64,000 nucleotides of DNA from an uncultured bacterium (GTDB lineage Bacteria; Babelota; Babeliae; Babelales; JACPOV01). This document shows positions 19,571-28,995 of this stretch, piece by piece. The position numbers and the translations under genes were made by a program. Every line of letters starts with the position of its first letter. The stretch's first letter is position 1. Below the pieces are notes generated by a model. That model was not told where the DNA came from. It searched no databases and was given only the letters and a program-made list of their open reading frames with translations. The DNA lies in the NCBI GenBank assembly GCA_963744715.1, contig CAVUUR010000006.1:96001-160000 (forward strand). The letters are read 5' to 3'.

Positions 19571-22281
19571 ATGGTGGCATCATTGCCCGCATCACTTTGG
19601 CTGTATTGGCAGGCTTACTTTTTTCATTATATCTTTTGCAAAATGATCATTTCGTTCGTGGTGTTTGCCAAGAAAAATTAAAGAAAATGTTCGAACAATC
19701 ATTTGACTGCGTAGCACAGGCAACGTTAAAACATATTAATTTTTTTTCTGCGGAACTTGAGGGTGAACGTATAGAAATTGTTGCTCCCGATGGCACATCA
19801 TGGCATTGGAAAGCACAATCCATTAAGGTAAATTTTTCTTGGTTATCCCTTATTCTCAATCGTAAAGTTGGATTAGAAATTACCCTTCAACAGGTCGATG
19901 CATTTTCTGAATTGCGCGATAATTCTCTACTCATATTTAATCACCTAAAAAAAATGATCGAAGGGGCTATTGGTTTACCGATAACCTTAAAAGGCTTAAT
20001 AGTTCGCAAAGGAACCTTAGAAATAATTGAACCTCATAATAAGATAAGAGGTTATTTTGTTTTCTCGAGCCAAATCAGCGCCATGCCCGAACGTTTTAAA
20101 GCTGCTTTATATCTGATAGATGGCACCATAGAACATAATCTAAATCAACTATTACATTCTTTTAATGCAACGATCAGTTTCGAAAAACAAACAACAAAAA
20201 CTGATCGTGCATTGATGAATATTATGGTTGATGGCCGGTGCATTCTTGATCGATTATTACCTTCGTCGCAAGAATTACATATTTTAGGACGATTTGCAGG
20301 CAATCAAGGAAAATTAAGTCTTGAAGCAAAAGATCGTTCATATTTTATTGATATTGATGTTAATAATGCAGCTAACCATATACAGCGTAAAGTGCAAGGA
20401 CACATTCCACTTAATGTTATCAATAACATAATTGCTTTATTTCCGGAACACACGGTTGATGGAACAGCCGATTTTTCCTTACAAACGAATAACGATGATT
20501 GCGATGGTTCAATAGTTATTTCTAATGCAGGTTATTTAAATTATCCACTGGGAACTATCACAACTCACATTAATAGTACTAATGGCGTATGGAATAGCAC
20601 TATTATGCATGATTCACAAGATAGTGGCCATTTAGAGGCGGTGTTCCATTTCAATCAACAAACAATGCAAGGAAGATGTGATCTTTATAACACTGATACT
20701 ATTAAACTTCCCAGCACTGAATATTGGATTATTAAGCCTCATGATTTTAGAATAAGTTTTTCTTATGATTCTGCTGGCGTTTTTTATGGAACATATGCAG
20801 GCACTATCAGCCATACTAAAATTGATACTATTTTATCTATCCAAGGTAAATTGTGGATTGAAGATGATCGTATACTACTTAATGGTAATATTAATGAAAA
20901 AAACTATCATGCAACCTTTCATATGCCGACCATGACCCTTGAAAAACTTTCATACTACGATGAGAAGGGCAATACTCTTATCAATGCATCCATGGATCAT
21001 CAATATGCTATTGTCGCGGATATTACCTACGCATTAATTCGCTCCTGTATGAGTAATTTTTTTGAAATTGATACGTTAGGACAAGGAACTTTTCATATTA
21101 ATGCTAATGTTGATAATAATCGTAATATTGCAGGAACACTATCATTACAAGAAGGTAATATTCAGGTATCACCAACCTATAATTTTATTCGCTCTATCAT
21201 GGGTAATTTTCTCATTAATACCTCTGCACGCACTATGCTACTCAATGATGCCATGATTACTTTTCATAAAGGTAATATTACCTGCAAGCGCGCTCGCATC
21301 GACTTTGACACATCCGGTATTACGTTTATGCATATACCATTGGTAGTTCAACAATTATTTCTGAATATAGAAAAAGAATTATTTTCCTGGACATCAGGAA
21401 CTATCATTATGCATAAACAAAATATTTTTTCCATCAAAGGAAAGTTACTTATTGATAGAGGACAACTGAAAAAAAATATTTTTTCTCCTCTCATGCAACG
21501 ATATTTTGCTCAAGCAGTAGGAAATTCTTTTGTACGCTATCCTCTTAATACAGAATGTAATTTGATTATTGAAACCAAAAAACCTATTCATATAAAAACA
21601 TCATTTTTAGAGACTGATGCAATAGTAGCACTCACCGTTAAAGGATCAATTAATAATCCTCACGTATCCGGTAATATTATTTTATCTATGGGAAGTTTAG
21701 GATTTCCGTATAAGTCATTATACATTACGCAAGGCATTTTATATTTCTTGCCGAATCAATTGAATGACCCTGTCCTTGAATTAACAGCAAAAGGCAAAAT
21801 AAAAAAATATCATATAACGTTGCGTGCATCAGGCTCATTGCATCATCCTCATATAATATTGGAATCAGCACCACCATTAACTGAAGAACAAATTCTTACG
21901 CTTCTCTTAGCAGGTTCTGAAAAAGGATCATTTGCTTTAGTAATGCCTACGCTCATTATGCAGAACGTGCAAAATATTATGTTTGGACCGGAACAATCAT
22001 CATCAAAATTAGAAACCTATTTTAAAAATTTATTAGCGCCACTACGGCATATTCGCATTGTCCCTAGTTTTACCGATCAAAGTGGCAGAGGAGGTTTTAG
22101 AGGAGCAATAGAAATTGATGTCAATGATCAACTACATGGTGTTATTCAAAAAAACTTTAGTTTGCCGGAAGATACAAAATTTGAAGTAGAATACGATCTT
22201 TCTGATGACATTAGCCTCCGTGGCATTAAAGATGAACGTGGAGATTTAGGAGGAGAGGTTGAAATACGGTGGAAGTTTTAG
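19552..22281 (+). CDS. tamB: TamB/DUF490 translocation and assembly module protein
   Basis: N-terminal anchor, beta-rich body, C-terminal P.LE..A...LES.PPL.EEQIL.LLL and EVEIRWKF. Confidence 0.8.
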   Translation: MGTHIMNGGIIARITLAVLAGLLFSLYLLQNDHFVRGVCQEKLKKMFEQSFDCVAQATLKHINFFSAELEGERIEIVAPDGTSWHWKAQSIKVNFSWLSLILNRKVGLEITLQQVDAFSELRDNSLLIFNHLKKMIEGAIGLPITLKGLIVRKGTLEIIEPHNKIRGYFVFSSQISAMPERFKAALYLIDGTIEHNLNQLLHSFNATISFEKQTTKTDRALMNIMVDGRCILDRLLPSSQELHILGRFAGNQGKLSLEAKDRSYFIDIDVNNAANHIQRKVQGHIPLNVINNIIALFPEHTVDGTADFSLQTNNDDCDGSIVISNAGYLNYPLGTITTHINSTNGVWNSTIMHDSQDSGHLEAVFHFNQQTMQGRCDLYNTDTIKLPSTEYWIIKPHDFRISFSYDSAGVFYGTYAGTISHTKIDTILSIQGKLWIEDDRILLNGNINEKNYHATFHMPTMTLEKLSYYDEKGNTLINASMDHQYAIVADITYALIRSCMSNFFEIDTLGQGTFHINANVDNNRNIAGTLSLQEGNIQVSPTYNFIRSIMGNFLINTSARTMLLNDAMITFHKGNITCKRARIDFDTSGITFMHIPLVVQQLFLNIEKELFSWTSGTIIMHKQNIFSIKGKLLIDRGQLKKNIFSPLMQRYFAQAVGNSFVRYPLNTECNLIIETKKPIHIKTSFLETDAIVALTVKGSINNPHVSGNIILSMGSLGFPYKSLYITQGILYFLPNQLNDPVLELTAKGKIKKYHITLRASGSLHHPHIILESAPPLTEEQILTLLLAGSEKGSFALVMPTLIMQNVQNIMFGPEQSSSKLETYFKNLLAPLRHIRIVPSFTDQSGRGGFRGAIEIDVNDQLHGVIQKNFSLPEDTKFEVEYDLSDDISLRGIKDERGDLGGEVEIRWKF

Positions 22282-22360
22282 TACGATTGGCGCAGTGATT
22301 TGTTAATACCTATGAAATAAATGTACATTCATATTCATTAACAATAATAATACTATTACT

Positions 22361-23113
22361 TTGTTACGAGGAAAAAGCATGAAATATGGATTATTGCGCT
22401 ACTTTGATATTTCGCTCCTTTGTTACACCTTGTTACTGTTAATTTTTTCATTTAGCTCTGCAAAAACCACCAAAGAAAATCCGGTCAACGTTGCCAAAGA
22501 ATTTTTAGGCGTTGGGAAAAAAATAAGAGTACCTTTATTCATTCCCGATATTCGAGTAAAACCTATTCTCTTGGGACTCATTATTAGTGAACAAAAAAGT
22601 ATTTCTGCAGCTCAATTTCGCCTTAATGATAAAGATATTGCCCAAGCATTAATTGATGCACATAAACGCGGAATTCCCGTTAGAATTGTCACCGATCAAA
22701 GTGCCTTTTTTGATAAGTACAATAAAATTAATGCCTTGCTACAAGCAGGTATCGAGATTCGTTGGTATGTAGTCCCTTTTTCTATTATGCACCATAAATT
22801 TTTTATCTTTGGTAAAAATTTAACCAATGAACCACTACTTGTTACTGGATCTGCAAACATGACTGTTTCTGGCTACACGAAAAATCAGGAAAATTTGAAT
22901 ATTTTTAATGATCGATCATTAATTACCGCCTATGAACAACAATTTGAACGACTTCTCAAAAGGACGGTTAGAGAAATGCCCGCGCCTGCCGCTGCACTTA
23001 ATAAGGCATTAACAGAAAAAGTATTTAATATACCACTACCTAAACAAAACCTGCTTAAAAGTCCGGCCAAACAAAAAAAAGCTTGTACAACAACAAGAAT
23101 TAAAACTAAGTAA
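22361..23113 (+). CDS. phospholipase D superfamily protein (Nuc/MitoPLD-like)
   Basis: IAQALIDAHKRGI.VRIV.D, MHHKFFIFG, TGSANMT, NQEN; signal peptide. Confidence 0.85.
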   Translation: MLRGKSMKYGLLRYFDISLLCYTLLLLIFSFSSAKTTKENPVNVAKEFLGVGKKIRVPLFIPDIRVKPILLGLIISEQKSISAAQFRLNDKDIAQALIDAHKRGIPVRIVTDQSAFFDKYNKINALLQAGIEIRWYVVPFSIMHHKFFIFGKNLTNEPLLVTGSANMTVSGYTKNQENLNIFNDRSLITAYEQQFERLLKRTVREMPAPAAALNKALTEKVFNIPLPKQNLLKSPAKQKKACTTTRIKTK

Positions 23114-23252
23114 AAAAGTCAGAAAAAAACTACGATAATAAGAGAAATTACTATAATGGCTTCATTACTACAATTCCTTCTTAGCCTGGCTTCAGACTAT
23201 TGATCTTTGGTAAAAAAAGCAAGCAATTTTTGTTAAGATTTTTGAACAACTA

Positions 23253-24182
23253 TTATAGCTGTTTTAAATGCGCAATAAGATTGCGAAAATCCTCAGGAAA
23301 TTCTTCTTTAAACTCGTAGGATTTATTTTGGAAAGTAAATGAAAGAGATGATGCATGCAATGCATGGCGATTAATTAATCGTGAACCAGTTCCGTATAAG
23401 GCATCTCCTAGTAAAGGGTTCCCCATAGCCGCACAATGCACGCGAATTTGATGAGTTCTACCGGTGACTGGGCGCAACCGCAGTAATGAAGAATTATTAA
23501 ATGATTCTTCAACCTCATAATGCGTAATTGCCGTTCTCCCCGATCCATTACAAGCCATTTTCGAACGCGTAATCACATCGCGCCCAATAGGCAACGTTAT
23601 AGTTCCTGTTGGCTCAGGATTACCTACAACCACAGCATGATACGTTTTGGTAATAAGCCGTTCTTTAAACATATCACTTAACGTTGCATGAGCATTATTA
23701 GTAGTTGGAATAATCATCAAGCCGGAAGTATTTTTATCTAACCTATGCACAATTCCCGGTCTATAATCACATCCAATGGATTCAATTGATACACCGTAGT
23801 GCATAAGCCAATCTACCAAGGTAAGTTCTTTGCTGGTTAGCGATGGCTTGTGGGTTATGAGCCCCGCAGGTTTTGATATAATTAAGAATTCAGCATGCTC
23901 AAAGATTATTTTTACGTTAAAGCTATCTAAAATCTTAATTTCTTCAGCAGTATACTTTGATGCGGGATACCATTGCGGAACACGTATTGTGATCAGATCA
24001 TGAGGCTTTATTATCGTACTTGATTTTACTAATTTATCATTAACAACAACAAGTTCCTGTTCAATGATTTTTTTTAAAAAACTTCGTGAATACAGCGGCA
24101 GTTTTTTTGCAATAAAACTATCAATTCGCATTGATAATTCTTCTTGTGGCACCTGCAGTGAATGAATAGTGTATGCTACCAT
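23253..24182 (-). CDS. rluD: RluA family 23S rRNA pseudouridine synthase
   Basis: S4 domain, RPGIVHRLDKNTSG, TGRTHQIRVH, GD.LYG, ALHA. Confidence 0.92.
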   Translation of the reverse strand: MVAYTIHSLQVPQEELSMRIDSFIAKKLPLYSRSFLKKIIEQELVVVNDKLVKSSTIIKPHDLITIRVPQWYPASKYTAEEIKILDSFNVKIIFEHAEFLIISKPAGLITHKPSLTSKELTLVDWLMHYGVSIESIGCDYRPGIVHRLDKNTSGLMIIPTTNNAHATLSDMFKERLITKTYHAVVVGNPEPTGTITLPIGRDVITRSKMACNGSGRTAITHYEVEESFNNSSLLRLRPVTGRTHQIRVHCAAMGNPLLGDALYGTGSRLINRHALHASSLSFTFQNKSYEFKEEFPEDFRNLIAHLKQL

Positions 24183-24457
24183 TGACTTTTATTTCCTTTT
24201 ATTTGTACTGCTTTAGTAAGTATTAACACTAAAAATATAGTTTTTTATCTGAAATAAGATGGCCAATTTATCTTATAGTTATGAGAATAAAGGATATTGC
24301 CTTAAAGTCAAATGGACAATATCGATTTAATCAATTATTATGAAAAAAATAGGTATAACAATTACTTAGATAATATTGTATAGTTCTAAGGCCTTGTAAA
24401 CCTAAATAACTATGGATTTCTTTAAACTAACGGTCATCTGATCAAAAGGAGTACGCC

Positions 24458-25813
24458 ATGGACTCAGATATGTTATTACATGAACTGCAGGACCATATTG
24501 ATGAATTGCTCAATCAAACTACTCCAGATGGTGTAATATGGTGGAAAAAATGTCTTGAACTCCACCCAGCAGACATTGCCCAGTTGCTTGCCATCCTTGA
24601 TAAAGATCATGCTGAACAACTCTTTAAAAAATTACCCGAAGATCTCCGCCTAGAGGTTTTTAGTGAACTATCTGATTCGATGAAGGTTTTTACTCTCTCG
24701 CTCTTGGATGACCAACAAAAAGCCGCCATATTAGCCAAAACTCCTATTGATGAACTGACTGATTTATTTGATATTCTTTCCGATCAAGAATTAAAAAAAT
24801 ATTTAACGTTACTCAGTACCCAAGATAGGCAGAAAGTTCTCTTATTATTGAACTTTAATCCTGAATCTGCCGGTGGGATTATGGATACTGATGTTTTAAC
24901 ACTCATACAAGATTTTGCGGTAGAAAAAAGTATTCAAATTTTACAACGCTTACAACCGCGCCGCGATTTGCATCACCAAATTTACGTTACCGATCAAAAT
25001 AATATTGTAGTTGGTCACATTCAATTGGAAGATCTTGTTCTTAAGCATCCCAAAACACGCCTTTCTTCATTTTTGCGCAAAAATGAACTGATTGTGCCAG
25101 CCACCGAAGATCGTGAAGAAGTCGCAAAAAAAATGATCCACTATGGCCTAATGACCGTGCCAGTTGTGGGAGAAAATAATTATTTTTTGGGTGTTATTGC
25201 CAGCAACACCTTGGTTGATATTATCGAACAAGAAGCTAGTGAAGATGTCTATCGTATCTCGGCAATGACGCCAATTAAATATCCGTATTTTGAAACGTCA
25301 TTCTTACGCATTTTTTACGAGCGCAGCTATATTTTAATTATTTTATTATTAGCACAATCGCTATCAAGTATGATTATCAAAAGTTATGAAACTACCTTAT
25401 TTGGATTTCTTCTTTATTTCATTACCATGCTTACGAGCACCGGTGGTAATTCAAGTAGCCAAACATCAGCCGTTGTAATTCAAGGAATGGCTTCGGGCAC
25501 CATTCACTCAGGAAATGTCCATCGTTTTTTGCGCAGAGAATTATTGATGGCGATCATGATTGCTCTTGTGCTAGGGATTGTTTCCTTTATTCGCGTTTAT
25601 GTAACCTATGGAGAATTATGGGGAAGTTTTGCCGTAAGCACATCATTATTTTTTATCGTTTTGCTTTCCGTTATCTTGGGAAGCGGTATTCCGTTACTAC
25701 TTAAACGCTTCAATATTGATCCTGCATATGCCGCAGGGCCTTTTTTAGCAACGTTGATGGATATTTTTGGGCTTCTTATTTATTGCTATATTAGCAAATT
25801 AATTTTACATTAA
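24458..25813 (+). CDS. mgtE: magnesium transporter MgtE
   Basis: LHPADIA, CBS pair (SAGGIM), GGNSSSQ, DPA.AAGPF.ATL.D. Confidence 0.96.
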   Translation: MDSDMLLHELQDHIDELLNQTTPDGVIWWKKCLELHPADIAQLLAILDKDHAEQLFKKLPEDLRLEVFSELSDSMKVFTLSLLDDQQKAAILAKTPIDELTDLFDILSDQELKKYLTLLSTQDRQKVLLLLNFNPESAGGIMDTDVLTLIQDFAVEKSIQILQRLQPRRDLHHQIYVTDQNNIVVGHIQLEDLVLKHPKTRLSSFLRKNELIVPATEDREEVAKKMIHYGLMTVPVVGENNYFLGVIASNTLVDIIEQEASEDVYRISAMTPIKYPYFETSFLRIFYERSYILIILLLAQSLSSMIIKSYETTLFGFLLYFITMLTSTGGNSSSQTSAVVIQGMASGTIHSGNVHRFLRRELLMAIMIALVLGIVSFIRVYVTYGELWGSFAVSTSLFFIVLLSVILGSGIPLLLKRFNIDPAYAAGPFLATLMDIFGLLIYCYISKLILH

Positions 25814-25916
25814 TTCTAATAAGAAATATATAAGGTTTTTTTAATGTTAAAAAGTTACTCTATTTTTTAAGTAATTTTTTTTATTTTATGCAATGCGATC
25901 AAAATTCCTCTTTTTC

Positions 25917-25945
25917 TTGACAAAAAAGCTCGTAGTTTATACTAT
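25917..25945 (+). promoter_or_regulatory. sigma70 promoter of the tRNA-Lys/tRNA-Glu pair
   Basis: TTGACA-17 nt-TACTAT. Confidence 0.7.
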
Positions 25946-25983
25946 GTAAAAGTCTTATTTTGAAATAATGCCTAAATTTTTGT

Positions 25984-26059
25984 GAGCCGCTAGCTCAGTC
26001 GGTAGAGCAACAGCCTTTTAAGCTGTGGGTCGTTGGTTCGAATCCAACGCGGCTCACCA
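25984..26059 (+). tRNA. tRNA-Lys(TTT)
   Basis: GAGCCGC acceptor stem; anticodon arm ACAGC-CTTTTAA-GCTGT; GTTCGAATC; CCA end. Confidence 0.97.
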
Positions 26060-26068
26060 TATTTTTTA

Positions 26069-26146
26069 GTCCCTATCGTCTAGCCCGGTCCAGGACGTCG
26101 CCCTTTCACGGCGAAAACAGGGGTTCAAATCCCCTTAGGGACGCCA
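26069..26146 (+). tRNA. tRNA-Glu(TTC)
   Basis: GTCCCTA acceptor stem; anticodon arm TCGCC-CTTTCAC-GGCGA; GTTCAAATC; CCA end. Confidence 0.97.
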
Positions 26147-26177
26147 GCTTTCGCCAAGGCTTCAGCTGGCACGGCCA
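26141..26177 (+). repeat. 37-bp direct repeat, copy 1 (tRNA-Glu 3' end plus palindrome)
   Basis: ACGCCAGCTTTCGCCAAGGCTTCAGCTGGCACGGCCA, identical to 27047-27083. Confidence 0.95.
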
Positions 26178-26384
26178 GTTTATCTAATGAAGAAAAAATA
26201 TCTTTAAATAAGACTGTCCCAAGTAGTTCTGAGTTTACGAAGAACGTAGTCGGATCAATTTTTTCAAAAACATTATTTATTGGGAATGTATAACGAAGCC
26301 ATGTGTAACCCAGAGCTAATTGTTTATAATTCTCAATTTGGTATGCTGATTTATAGAAATTAACTTTCAAATTAAGGATAATCC

Positions 26385-27023
26385 ATGAAAAAAATATTTT
26401 TTATAACGGGCTTTATGGTTGTGGGACTATTTCTAGAAGTTGGCGTCAGTTTTTCAGCTGATTCTTGGACGTGGAACCCTACAGGCCCCACTGCCGAAGA
26501 CATCCGATCAGCTACTGAAGTCGAAAACCTAGCTGCTAAAGGAAGTCCGGAGGATAAACTTATAAATGCCGTGAAAAATGGCGATCTTAAAAAGGTTGAA
26601 ACTTTCATTGCCGCGGGCGTAGGTCTTGAAGCTAGAGATAATGAGGATATGACTGCTCTTATGAGGGCTGCACAAAAAGGTTATTCTGACATTGTCAAAA
26701 TTCTCATAGATGCAGGGGCTGATATTAGCGCTGCGGATAGGTACCGTTGTACAGCGTTTTTTCATGCGGACAAAAACCACGTTGACATTGTGAAAATGCT
26801 TATAGCTAACGGAGCTACTGCAGACAGCTTCTTCAAAGAATTTTTTTTGGGTTCTGTACTTCAAGGCCATACTGAGATGGTGAAAGCTCTTATGGTTGAG
26901 AGCGCTAGGATAAAATACGATATCCTCGAAGAAGCTTATATGTTTGCCCGCGATACCCGCAGACGCAAGCCTGAGCTTTTTAATATTATTGTAGAAGCTC
27001 TTAATGAAAGAAAATCTCAATAG
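26385..27023 (+). CDS. secreted ankyrin repeat protein
   Basis: Signal peptide; LINAVKNGD, TALMRAAQKG..DIVKILIDAGAD. Confidence 0.9.
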   Translation: MKKIFFITGFMVVGLFLEVGVSFSADSWTWNPTGPTAEDIRSATEVENLAAKGSPEDKLINAVKNGDLKKVETFIAAGVGLEARDNEDMTALMRAAQKGYSDIVKILIDAGADISAADRYRCTAFFHADKNHVDIVKMLIANGATADSFFKEFFLGSVLQGHTEMVKALMVESARIKYDILEEAYMFARDTRRRKPELFNIIVEALNERKSQ

Positions 27024-27046
27024 TTCTAACATAGTCGCTGTATGGA

Positions 27047-27083
27047 ACGCCAGCTTTCGCCAAGGCTTCAGCTGGCACGGCCA
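27047..27083 (+). repeat. 37-bp direct repeat, copy 2
   Basis: Identical to 26141-26177. Confidence 0.95.
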
Positions 27084-27287
27084 ATGATAAAACTGCATAA
27101 AAAATAAATTTTTGTGCGGCGCAGATAACTTTTTCACCGAACAATATCCCGTTTGAGAGTATAAACTTAATTAGATGAATTTTGCTGTATGAAATATGTA
27201 GATACTATGGTTAAATTCTTGCCCTACATGAAATTAATACAATAAACTATAAAAAAAGTAACATTTAATGAGAATAATGGGAGAATT

Positions 27288-27533
27288 ATGATAAAAAAAA
27301 TAACAAAAAGTAAGAATAACCTGTCAATTGAAATTGACAAAGCCATTGCAGAGTCTCTCGGTATTAATCAGGAAACAGATATAGAGATGATTGTGATGGA
27401 TGACATGCTTATTATTAAACCTAAAAACAAAAAATTGCGTACTGCTAAAAAAAAACAAACTAGCCTTAACGACCTTACCAACAATTTAATGGATAAATAT
27501 GATTCTGTTCTAAAAAAACTTGCTAAAACATGA
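27288..27533 (+). CDS. AbrB/MazE-type antitoxin
   Basis: MIKKITK..NNLSI.IDK.I...LGI....IE......LIIKP pattern; overlaps a Doc-type gene. Confidence 0.85.
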   Translation: MIKKITKSKNNLSIEIDKAIAESLGINQETDIEMIVMDDMLIIKPKNKKLRTAKKKQTSLNDLTNNLMDKYDSVLKKLAKT

Positions 27534-27934
27534 GGCCATATTTTTTTGTTATTTTTATGAGTTCTTCAGATGTTATAAGAATTCATGACATGGTTATTAA
27601 CAGATTTGGTGGACGACTTGGTATTCATGATCAAAGATTACTCGAATCAGCTATTAACCATCCTTGGATGATTATTAAATATGGTAATGATGAGGAACAT
27701 CAAATTTCTAATTTAGCGGCTGCTTATTTTTTCCATATAATAAAAAATAATCCATTTATAGATGGAAATAAACGAACAGGATTGCTTACTACTCTAGACT
27801 TTCTTTATCAAAATGGTTTCGAGTTAGATGATAATCTTGATTTATATCAATTGTCATTAGATACAGCAGCTTCACACTTAAATGAAAAAGAGATTGCCAT
27901 TCTTTTTAAAAAAGCAATCAAAGAAATTGAGTAA
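27530..27934 (+). CDS. Doc/Fic family toxin, catalytic His replaced by Asn
   Basis: GG..GI.D..LLESA, AAAY, NNPFIDGNKRTG. Confidence 0.88.
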   Translation: MRPYFFVIFMSSSDVIRIHDMVINRFGGRLGIHDQRLLESAINHPWMIIKYGNDEEHQISNLAAAYFFHIIKNNPFIDGNKRTGLLTTLDFLYQNGFELDDNLDLYQLSLDTAASHLNEKEIAILFKKAIKEIE

Positions 27935-28172
27935 TCACACTGTAATGATATTCTACAAAGTTCTAAAATATACCATATTAGTCCCGTTTCAATTTTTTAA
28001 GAACAACATGGTCCCACTAATACATCTGGAATACTCATCCCTTTGATGGCCAACGATATTTTGCATTAAAAAAAAGTTAGATTATCATAAAAACAGCAAC
28101 GTTTAACACTTCTTGCTCTATATGAAATTAATACAATAAATTATAAAAAGTAACGTTTAATAATAGGAGATT

Positions 28173-28784
28173 ATGAAAAACAAAATTATTCTACTATGTA
28201 TTTTTTCAATCATTCCCTTAGTATGCATATTTCTAACAAACTGTTATCGAAAAAATGAAAACAGTTTAAGTGACAAAAATTACATTAAGACTGTGCTTTC
28301 TAAGATGGTAAGCATCGATCAGGCTTTAAGAGCAAAGGTAGCCCATGCTCAGTCAACAGTTGATGAATCTTTATGGAATGAAATAAAAAAAATAGATCGA
28401 GAACATACGAAAACTTTAAAAGAAATTTTAAACTACTATTATTGGATAACGATTCCTGAATTTGGAAAAGAAGCAGATGGACATGCATGGCTTTTAGTTC
28501 AGCATGCAGATCATGATCCAGAATTTCAAAAAGAAGCATTACATAGATTAGAAAAATTATACCCATCACAAGAAACTAGCCCTACAAATTTTGCCTATCT
28601 TCACGATCGGGTAGCTAAAAATGAAAAAAGGCCTCAAAGGTATGGCACACAAGGAACCGTAAAAGATGGCAAGTGGGTGCCATATGAAATAGAAGATCCG
28701 AATAGTTTAGACTATCGCAGGAGCGTGGTGGGATTACCTAGTTTTCAAGAGTACCTAAAGCTCATCAATGAGGTATACCATTAA
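28173..28784 (+). CDS. DUF6624-like exported protein
   Basis: DQALR, AWLLVQHADHD, AYLHDRV......QRYGTQ. Confidence 0.8.
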   Translation: MKNKIILLCIFSIIPLVCIFLTNCYRKNENSLSDKNYIKTVLSKMVSIDQALRAKVAHAQSTVDESLWNEIKKIDREHTKTLKEILNYYYWITIPEFGKEADGHAWLLVQHADHDPEFQKEALHRLEKLYPSQETSPTNFAYLHDRVAKNEKRPQRYGTQGTVKDGKWVPYEIEDPNSLDYRRSVVGLPSFQEYLKLINEVYH

Positions 28785-28995
28785 AAATAGTCGAATTCTC
28801 CCGGAGGTTTTCACTCTTTTGCTAATCCATAGATTCCGTAGCATAAAAAATAAAAAGCAAGCATCTTAATAGTTATGTAATTGTTAACCCTATTCATGGT
28901 TACCTAGTTAATTTTTGATGCCCCAGTTAGTTAATTATTTACATGGCCGCATGATTTTTTGAATAATATTTTATAAATAGTATTGAGGGGTAATA

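Noticed and set aside
26125..26370. 81-aa minus-strand ORF ending AEALAKAGVPKGI
   Set aside because: Overlaps tRNA-Glu and the palindromic repeat; no recognisable domain
26141..27083. Possible CRISPR array from the 37-bp repeats
   Set aside because: Only two copies ~870 bp apart, and no cas genes
26529..27137. 202-aa antisense ORF
   Set aside because: Shadow of the ankyrin gene, running through the repeat
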